Source of the DNA: a virus | IMG/VR virus record: IMGVR_UViG_3300011113_000747 | Coordinates: 1 to 64,000 of that record | Reading direction: 5' to 3' (one strand) | Length of the DNA: 64,000 nt | In this document: in pieces, positions 55,363 to 62,540 of the stretch | How positions within the stretch are numbered: position 1 is the stretch's first letter | Layout: each line of letters begins with the position of its first letter | The notes under the pieces: model-generated | What the model saw: the letters and a program-made list of their open reading frames with translations, nothing else | Told to the model about the DNA's origin: nothing | The model's database searches: none | Made by a program: the position numbers and the translations under genes

Positions 55363-55706
55363 CAACATCAACAATCATCAATGAAGATTATGCAATGGAG
55401 CTTACGATGTTGCATCGTTACAGAGACCTTTCAGATGGTCTTTCGGTAATAGAATTTGATTGCAACTTTGATTGGTATCATGGTGATCATTGTCCAAAGT
55501 TTGATTTGAGTCTGAGATTATTCAATTGGACTATTTTTGAGTTTAACATCTACAACAGACATCATGTTGTAGATGAAATAGGCGATGTTTTATTGCCTTG
55601 GGCAAAACAAGATTTTGAAGAATCAGACAAAGCTTTTATAGAGCTTGTAAAAAATTCCGGAATAGTTGCAAACGAGGGTTCGAAACCTCCAGTAGCATCT
55701 AACTGA
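55359..55706 (+). CDS. Hypothetical protein
   Basis: Coupled ORF. Confidence 0.65.
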   Translation: MTTSTIINEDYAMELTMLHRYRDLSDGLSVIEFDCNFDWYHGDHCPKFDLSLRLFNWTIFEFNIYNRHHVVDEIGDVLLPWAKQDFEESDKAFIELVKNSGIVANEGSKPPVASN

Positions 55707-55791
55707 GATTCAAAGCATCGAAGTTTATAGGTTTGAACGACGGGTTGTTGGCCCGGTAGGTGTGTTCGAGTGCACACGTGCTTTGAGTCTC
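55705..55791 (+). ncRNA. Y RNA-like/tRNA-mimic RNA
   Basis: 13-bp terminal stem enclosing CGGG/CCCG arm and a GTGTG-TTCGAGTG-CACAC T-arm; no CCA. Confidence 0.5.
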
Positions 55792-55996
55792 GACAATTCA
55801 TCTGGCTGTTGCAATGAGGTAAAGACCCAACGCAATGCCAAATAGTCCAAAAAGTAAGAGTAAAATATTCATAAGGGCTGCATTTCAAAACTATGGCAAA
55901 GCTTTTGCTATAGCGATGAAAATTGCAGCAATGCAAAAAAATCCAAGAAACATGTGGATTATCTCAAGGAAGTTCATATAGTTATTTATTCAAAAT

Positions 55997-56084
55997 GCTG
56001 GTGTGGCTGAGCGGCCTAAAGCACTAGTTTTGTAAACTAGCGGGAGTGATCCCATCGTCAGTTCGAATCTGACCACCAGCTCCA
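55997..56084 (+). tRNA. tRNA-Thr(TGT) with class II body and long variable arm
   Basis: CTAGT-TTTGTAA-ACTAG; GGGA-GTGA-TCCC variable hairpin; U73. Confidence 0.85.
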
Positions 56085-56090
56085 TCTTCC

Positions 56091-56270
56091 ATGAACAATC
56101 GCAGATCATTCTTCAAAAGACTCATTGGCTTAATCGCTGCACCAAAGGTTGCGAAAGCAACACACTCAAGCAACATAGTCAAAATGTGGACACCTGAAAC
56201 AGGTGTTACATATGGTGAGTATATTCATCCAGGCATTTGTATTAAACAAATTGACAAAACGGGGAGTTAG
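56091..56270 (+). CDS. Small protein with twin-arginine-like N-terminus, 59 aa (not in track)
   Basis: MNNRRSFFKRLIGLIAAPKVAKA. Confidence 0.55.
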   Translation: MNNRRSFFKRLIGLIAAPKVAKATHSSNIVKMWTPETGVTYGEYIHPGICIKQIDKTGS

Positions 56271-56345
56271 TATAGAAGCAGTACATTGGCTCGACACGCC
56301 AAAGAAGAAGGAGCGTTACCTTCACTCCCTACCATAAATATATTC

Positions 56346-56828
56346 ATGAAGTTTGATGATGTTGTAAACGAAGCACTTTCACGTCTTTCGCCTGTAAAAC
56401 TATATAGAGGAGCTGAACCAGATGAGGATCCTTCGAGTGAAGTAGAAAGACCTTGGGCCCAAGGTCGTGAATTAGATTTTCGTGCTGCATTTATGAAAGG
56501 AGATGTTGATGAAGTTATCAGCATGCTGCGTAAGCATGCTGGTGATTCTGGTGTAAGAGCAAAAGGTATAAAGTCATATTCTTTGAATAGAGATGTAGCA
56601 AAAGAGTTTATTTTCGACAAAGGTATAATTAAAGAATTAGATATACCCGCTAAAAACATAATTTCATCAAGACAAAGACTACAAACAATTTTATCTTTAC
56701 CTGATCAACAAAAACAGCAACTGCTCGATCAGGGTGTAGGATTCAACGTTAATAGATTGCTTTCCAAATATAAATTTGCTGCATCTGATCCAGATACAGA
56801 GCAAGAAATAATGATTTACAAAAAGTAA
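56346..56828 (+). CDS. ADP-ribosyltransferase-like protein (R-S-E motifs; start 56346)
   Basis: LYRG, SYSLNRDVAKEF, EQEIMI; CATAAATA late promoter. Confidence 0.6.
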   Translation: MKFDDVVNEALSRLSPVKLYRGAEPDEDPSSEVERPWAQGRELDFRAAFMKGDVDEVISMLRKHAGDSGVRAKGIKSYSLNRDVAKEFIFDKGIIKELDIPAKNIISSRQRLQTILSLPDQQKQQLLDQGVGFNVNRLLSKYKFAASDPDTEQEIMIYKK

Positions 56829-56906
56829 GCCAACTATCGCTCCACCCGACAGATAGCTTTGCATGACGGTGCAAATGACCCTGAAAATCGCAAGGAGCAA
56901 AATCAT

Positions 56907-56980
56907 GGTTTCTAAGCATAGACAGCGATGCACACGATTGGTATTCGTGATAGAGGAGCGCAAATCTCCTAGGAGCCTCC
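56907..56980 (+). tRNA. tRNA-Thr(GGT)
   Basis: Cloverleaf; T-loop CGCAAAT. Confidence 0.85.
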
Positions 56981-57054
56981 ATTTTTCAGTGGAACCTTAA
57001 AGGAACTACGTTATAATAAAAGTGAAGTTAAAACAAAAACTAAACTTAAAACAT

Positions 57055-58071
57055 ATGACAGAAACGTTAGAACAACTCAAAGAAACAGTCAAAAGCCATA
57101 CCATTGTGCCTTTTAGCGCACGTAATATTGCTTGCGAAAAAAATACACTCATTATCAATGACCGATATGTTGTTGATCAACCAAAGAAAGTTCTCGAGAC
57201 TCTAGGTATTCGAGATAATCTCATCAAGGAAATTTTTGATAAACCTGATGTTAATTGGGGCGCCATTCGTGATGCTCTTAATACTATCGATGATAAAAAG
57301 TCTTTTGGTGGTATTGTGGATAAAAACAACCGCATGCTTAATCTCACTAAGGCTGTAAAAGAAGAAACTCAGCTTGACTTTGATAAGCGTCTTGATGAGC
57401 TTTTTAATGCTATTGATGGTAGCCAAAGTAATGAACTTCAGAGTGCAATTTGGAGTCCAAGTGATTGTGCAGTTCATGTCAATTCTATTAATCGCTCAAG
57501 TGATATTGATTGCGGTGCTGGTGATATTTGGAAGTTTGGTACAACTACTATCATTGGAGACGCTATGCAACAGTTCAAGAATTATTTTCTTCGTCTAGTC
57601 TGCACAAACGGTATGACCACACGAGATAACATTGCATATCGAGCTGCTACAGCTTCTGTTAATATTGCTAAGCAGTTTGTGAAGTTTGCTAGCGATGGTG
57701 CTTTTGCAAATCAAATTACCCCTCGTGTTAATCGTCTTCGCAACAATCGAGCTTCTCTTTATGAGCTTACCTCTGTTGCTGATTGTCTTAACGCAGAACA
57801 GCGTGATACGTTTATGCCTGAATATGGCTATACCGTTGAACACTTTAAGAACGCTGGTCACCCAGTCGACGGCTTCTCAGCAGCTCGTAAGAAATTTGTT
57901 TATACAAATGAAAATCTTTATGATGTCTTTAATGTTGCAACCAATCTCGCAACACATCAGCGCGATGTGATCGGTGATGCTGCAGCAATGAGGCTCAATA
58001 AGGTTGCTGGTGAAATCTTCTCAAAAGGTCCGAATCTTGATATTCAGATTTTAGATCTTTGGAAGAACTAA
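57055..58071 (+). CDS. DUF932-family protein (likely start ATG 57055)
   Basis: FLRLVCTNGM motif; C-terminal N.AT..ATH. Confidence 0.7.
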   Translation: MTETLEQLKETVKSHTIVPFSARNIACEKNTLIINDRYVVDQPKKVLETLGIRDNLIKEIFDKPDVNWGAIRDALNTIDDKKSFGGIVDKNNRMLNLTKAVKEETQLDFDKRLDELFNAIDGSQSNELQSAIWSPSDCAVHVNSINRSSDIDCGAGDIWKFGTTTIIGDAMQQFKNYFLRLVCTNGMTTRDNIAYRAATASVNIAKQFVKFASDGAFANQITPRVNRLRNNRASLYELTSVADCLNAEQRDTFMPEYGYTVEHFKNAGHPVDGFSAARKKFVYTNENLYDVFNVATNLATHQRDVIGDAAAMRLNKVAGEIFSKGPNLDIQILDLWKN

Positions 58072-58200
58072 AAACTTCGGTGGGTAACTAGTACATAAAA
58101 AATATTAGTTACCCACCAAAAAATAGTAGATTTATAAAGGAAAGTAGCTAAAATAAATACATAAGAGCGACAAAAAGCTCGATGATCTTTGATAAATTCC

Positions 58201-58487
58201 GTGGTGGCAGAACAATGGGTCGCCAGCCCATAATGCACTAAGCAACGTCTGAAAAGACGCCAGGTAGGTTGAAAAAGTTATGCCGGATAAAGCTGAAATA
58301 ACCAAGATTGGTCAAATCTTGAGTGACGTAAGAAGACAACAAATCGTTATTATACGACTGATGGCTGTATTGTCTTGGAGGTAACCATTCCTCTCTATCA
58401 TTAACAATGAGAGTAATTAACTCATTGGATAGTGGCTGAATAATCCGACATAATGGAGACTTGTGAGTAGTCAGGAATCTCACCCAC
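58201..58487 (+). ncRNA. Candidate large multi-hairpin ncRNA
   Basis: Own GGAA-N6-TAAAAT promoter; at least 7 hairpins; GTGG/CCAC closure; no credible ORF. Confidence 0.5.
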
Positions 58488-58531
58488 ACTAATTTCTCTC
58501 GCAAGAGAATAGAAAGGAAACACACATACAC

Positions 58532-58747
58532 ATGAATAAAAACGCATATGAAATCAGGCTAGATGTTCTTGGTATGGCTCATGGTACTATCATGAATCAA
58601 TACCACGAAAAGATTGGTCAGCTTCGCGATAATGCAAATCGTACAAATCATCAGTTTGATGTTGAGCTTATTGATAAGCTTATGCCGAAAACGGCAGACA
58701 TCATTGCTTATGCAAACGAATTGTATTCCTTCGTAGAAGGCAAATAG
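58532..58747 (+). CDS. Conserved small phage protein
   Basis: KNAYEIRLDVL...P....I..A.ELY.FV pattern; AGGAAA RBS. Confidence 0.75.
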   Translation: MNKNAYEIRLDVLGMAHGTIMNQYHEKIGQLRDNANRTNHQFDVELIDKLMPKTADIIAYANELYSFVEGK

Positions 58748-58797
58748 AGTCAAAGTGGTGCTGGATAACCACATTAAACACCAGTAAATATATACAT

Positions 58798-58893
58798 GCT
58801 CCAGTAGCTCAATTGGTAGAGCGGAAGGCTTATACCCTTCGTATGCACCAGATTAGTGCGCGGTTGTCGGTTCGAGCCCGGCCTGGAGTACCA
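58798..58893 (+). tRNA. tRNA-Ile(TAT) with long variable arm
   Basis: GAAGG-CTTATAC-CCTTC; GCAC/GTGC variable hairpin; 96 nt. Confidence 0.85.
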
Positions 58894-58899
58894 ATTTTC

Positions 58900-59343
58900 G
58901 GGGGCGTTCTGGTTTCGACTCAATTGGTTGAATCAAGTTCGCATGCAGAGGTAGACTAGCTGGCCTCTATAAAAGCAAGTCAAAAAACATAAACGCAGAA
59001 GACACTGAAGTCGATGCCCTCTTAGCACAAGCTGAGTACATCTTCAACAACGCTGACGAATTCGTCACCGCTGATGTTGAAGAAGCTCTCTTTGCCTAAG
59101 CAAAAACAGAAATGGATCCTATTAAAATTTCTGAGGTAACCAATAGGTTGAGCTGAACAATGTATGCTCTTAAATCAAACATTGGGGTGACCTCGGACTC
59201 TTCACCGAAGTAGGTAGGCTCTAAAACTTAGGTTGATACGCCATGCAAACCTGTTGCCAATGAAATTGCAAATGTATCTAAGCATGTAGACAACTTAGCT
59301 GATACTATTGAACACAGGGGTTCGACTCCCCTCGCCTCCACCA
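58900..59343 (+). ncRNA. ssrA: tmRNA
   Basis: GGGGGCG/CGCCTCC-ACCA acceptor with G3:U; T-arm GGGGTTCGACTCCCC; tag ORF 58995-59099. Confidence 0.95.
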
Positions 59344-59362
59344 TTTTAGAATAAATAAAGAC

Positions 59363-59884
59363 ATGTACCAGCTGTTTTTAGACGATGAACGTATGCCAGA
59401 AGATGTATTTTGGATTAACATTCCAAAAGGAGATTACGTTATCGTGCGTACTGCAGAACAATTTAAGCAGTATATTCAAGAACATGGATTACCTTCACAT
59501 GTTTCATTTGATCATGACTTAGGGGATGATCCTAATGGTTATGACTGCGCAAAGTGGTTAGTAAACTATTGCATTGAAACAGATCAAAAGTTTCCATCAT
59601 ATACAGTACACTCTCAAAACCCAATCGGTAAAGATAACATCATTGGATATATTGATAATTACAAACGAGTGTATGGTGAAAGTGCAAAGCTAACATTCGA
59701 GCAATACTTTTATATCACTGAAAAGAAAAAGAGTATTCATGACCCTGTAAGACCAGGTATACTCAAGAGACAAACAAAGGGTAAGATGACTTGCTCGAAA
59801 GCGAGAGCGTTAAAGTCTAAGCAGAAGAACAAAGGTAATAATACAGCTAAAGCTGCTCAACGCTACCTAAACTATCATTGTTAA
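59363..59884 (+). CDS. Cyclic-phosphate-processing receiver-like domain fused to a small basic domain
   Basis: LFLDDER.P, SFDHDLG, GYDCAKWL, HSQNPIG. Confidence 0.7.
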   Translation: MYQLFLDDERMPEDVFWINIPKGDYVIVRTAEQFKQYIQEHGLPSHVSFDHDLGDDPNGYDCAKWLVNYCIETDQKFPSYTVHSQNPIGKDNIIGYIDNYKRVYGESAKLTFEQYFYITEKKKSIHDPVRPGILKRQTKGKMTCSKARALKSKQKNKGNNTAKAAQRYLNYHC

Positions 59885-60321
59885 TAGTTAACTTCGATAT
59901 TATCATCGAATATATTCTTTGCTCCTACATCGATTAGAGCATCAAGCTCATTCATAATAAAGTCTTTACCGATGAGTACTGGGTATTCATTATTACCTCT
60001 ATTACCAATAGAGAATTTAACATTATCAAATTCTTTATCTCCTATTTTGATATTGAATTCAACTACTGGTCTATCTTCAAAATTGCCAGCACCCACGTTA
60101 ATCTTAATATGATTCACGACAGGTTTAGTGAGGGTTCTACCATTAACGGTATTGAATGTTACTTGATCATCTTTAACCGATACACCTTCACCATGTAATA
60201 CATTGTAAGCACCATTACCGCTATCAACCTTAGCTTGAACTTCACCAATATCATTGATATAGATGGTTTCAATTAAACCAATTACTGTCTTTTCTTGGAA
60301 ATATTGTTTGAATTTAATCAT
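59881..60321 (-). CDS. Retropepsin-like (RimK-associated) protease with capsid-targeting-like leader (start 60321)
   Basis: AKVDSG, RPVV, YPVLIGKDF; MIKFKQYFQE. Confidence 0.75.
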   Translation of the reverse strand: MIKFKQYFQEKTVIGLIETIYINDIGEVQAKVDSGNGAYNVLHGEGVSVKDDQVTFNTVNGRTLTKPVVNHIKINVGAGNFEDRPVVEFNIKIGDKEFDNVKFSIGNRGNNEYPVLIGKDFIMNELDALIDVGAKNIFDDNIEVNY

Positions 60322-60322
60322 A

Positions 60323-60661
60323 TTATTCGCAACCACATCCTTTATCTTGATGTTCATATTCGAGCCAGTGATAAACTGAAGATATATAGTCAGATGCTTT
60401 GGTAATTTTAGCAGCTACCCAACCTTCAAGACCATCAACTTGATCAACCATTTCATAGAGCTTTTGAGAATATTCTGCAAGCTTTCTAAGATCAGCTTTA
60501 GCCATATGGATTTCACTTGGATCACTTTCATCTACGTTGTGACCTTCTGCATCACTAGCCATACCTGGTTGGTGGGTTTCTGGTGAGAGATCAGCTGCTC
60601 TTGCTATAAAAATAGCGTTTTCATATAAAGCTGCAATAGAAAGTTTGTCCTTTTTATCCAT
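60323..60661 (-). CDS. Putative internal head protein
   Basis: TAAATA upstream; MDKKDKLSIAALYEN; WVAAKITKASDYISSV..WLEYE. Confidence 0.7.
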   Translation of the reverse strand: MDKKDKLSIAALYENAIFIARAADLSPETHQPGMASDAEGHNVDESDPSEIHMAKADLRKLAEYSQKLYEMVDQVDGLEGWVAAKITKASDYISSVYHWLEYEHQDKGCGCE

Positions 60662-60665
60662 ATAG

Positions 60666-61268
60666 TTATTTAATACGTTCCCTTATTGCATTATACGTTT
60701 TATTTACCAAAATACTTGGTATCATACGAGACATACCTTGTTTGAAAAGATCTATATCATTATCGAGAGCAGCTTTTCTGAGTTTTGAGGCACTCATACC
60801 TTCAACGCCTTCTGAATCTGGATCTCTTTCACCTGCTGATTCAAACTTATAGTCTGCAAATTGAAAAGGGATATTACCCTTTGAATCTGGTTTACCATTA
60901 TATCTCTCAATCAATCCTTCAAATTCAGGAATTCGATCACTACCTGCAATATGAATTATATTTGCATATCCTTTCTCTTGTAAATCTTTTAAAACTGAAA
61001 TTAAATTAGCACCGGATTCCAAAATTTGAATATTTGGTGGTGTCATATACTTCAAAATTTCTTCCTTTTCTTTAAAAGATAGCGGATCCTTTTTATTATT
61101 TTGTGTATGTGAAGGTACGAGAAACCCATTACCATTTACTCTTTTAGTAACTTCAGCTAGTTTATTAATAAGCTTCTCATGACCAACAGTAGGTGGGTTA
61201 TATCTACCGTATGCAATAACTGCAGTTTTACCTTGTTGTTCTAATATAAATTGTTTAAATGATTTCAT
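60666..61268 (-). CDS. Cytidyltransferase-like nucleotidyltransferase with T4-type capsid-targeting leader
   Basis: GRYNPPTVGHEKL, GSDR, MSASKLR; MKSFKQFILE. Confidence 0.85.
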   Translation of the reverse strand: MKSFKQFILEQQGKTAVIAYGRYNPPTVGHEKLINKLAEVTKRVNGNGFLVPSHTQNNKKDPLSFKEKEEILKYMTPPNIQILESGANLISVLKDLQEKGYANIIHIAGSDRIPEFEGLIERYNGKPDSKGNIPFQFADYKFESAGERDPDSEGVEGMSASKLRKAALDNDIDLFKQGMSRMIPSILVNKTYNAIRERIK

Positions 61269-62536
61269 TTTGTTTGTACACCTCCTGGTTTACCTGTTTG
61301 AAAATTAGCAGCTGAAAATTCTTTTCTATCTACAAACTTAGTAATTTCAGGACCACCTTGTGTACGTGATACAGCATAACCTTCTGGTGGTGTGGTTTTC
61401 CAATTACCACCACCTTGATCCATATATGTACCAAGATAAGAATTTTTAGTCATTTCGTTGAAGATTTTAACGAGATTATTCTTTAAAGTTGCAACTATTT
61501 TTGTAATATCAAAAACTGCTTTGATAGATTTTTTAGCTCCTTTAAGTTCCTTCACCGCAGCTTCAAGCTGAGCTTTCTTTTTCATCTTACCAGACTCACT
61601 TTTAAGAGCATTCAATTCTTTCTGAAATCTACCAGCAATATATTCAATAAACTGCTGAGTTGAAATGGAGGTGTTGTCTAAAAACTTACCACCTCTAATC
61701 TCAGAATTAATATATGTTTTCATTTCCATAGCATATTTTTGTATCATGGAAAAATCGATTGTTTTAAGTAATGCACTAACTTGAGCTTTTTTCTTATCTA
61801 CATCCTTTAAAAGCATATTGAGAATACGCTTATTTGGGTTAGCTTGCTTGTCGATAAGAACGTTAAATACAAATACATCTTTTGAACGTGCAAATTCAGT
61901 TGGTGATGTTGTATATTTTTTAACTCTAAGAATACCACCAACTACTTCATACTCGATATGAATAGCAACACCTATCTGTGAATTTTGAATTTCTCTACCA
62001 AAAGGACTTTCTGGTGATACAGCATATTTAATGGTATTAGGTTTAAAAGAAATAAATGTATTAGTGTTACGAATACCATCTATTGTATTTGGTGTTTCTG
62101 TTTGTTTAATTTGATTATCAAACATATAATCCATTTGATAAATACCCTTCAAATTTAATGATGGTATATATTGAAGAGCTAACTTAAGCTTTTCAGCTAA
62201 ACCAGGACTGTTAGAGTGGTTTGCATCAATGTCATCTTCTGTATAATTTATCTTTGGATTTTTTGCAAATGCTGATTTACTTGCAACGAAGAACTTACCC
62301 TGAGGGTCTTTACCTGCAACAATAGCAGGTGAGCCATCAAACTTTGTAGAGATCTGATAGTCAGTTTCACTTACAAAGTATTCAATAGCCTTATCGATAT
62401 ACTCCAAAGCCTCGATCACACCATCACGACCTTTATTGATAATATTTTCTTCTAAATGGTCAATATGCTTGACAGCTCCTTCAACTTCATCGAAGAACTC
62501 TAGAAATATTTTATTGTATTGTTTAAATGTTATCAT
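61265..62536 (-). CDS. Conserved T4-like phage protein (DUF6267-type)
   Basis: HIDHLEE, TKFDGSPAI, PEGYAV, KFVDR.EFS..NF. Confidence 0.7.
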   Translation of the reverse strand: MITFKQYNKIFLEFFDEVEGAVKHIDHLEENIINKGRDGVIEALEYIDKAIEYFVSETDYQISTKFDGSPAIVAGKDPQGKFFVASKSAFAKNPKINYTEDDIDANHSNSPGLAEKLKLALQYIPSLNLKGIYQMDYMFDNQIKQTETPNTIDGIRNTNTFISFKPNTIKYAVSPESPFGREIQNSQIGVAIHIEYEVVGGILRVKKYTTSPTEFARSKDVFVFNVLIDKQANPNKRILNMLLKDVDKKKAQVSALLKTIDFSMIQKYAMEMKTYINSEIRGGKFLDNTSISTQQFIEYIAGRFQKELNALKSESGKMKKKAQLEAAVKELKGAKKSIKAVFDITKIVATLKNNLVKIFNEMTKNSYLGTYMDQGGGNWKTTPPEGYAVSRTQGGPEITKFVDRKEFSAANFQTGKPGGVQTK

Positions 62537-62540
62537 TTTT

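Noticed and set aside
58201-58487. Group I intron or RNase P RNA
   Set aside because: GAGACT and TAGTC are adjacent in a local hairpin rather than forming P7; no flanking split gene; no RNase P GAGGAAAGUCC core
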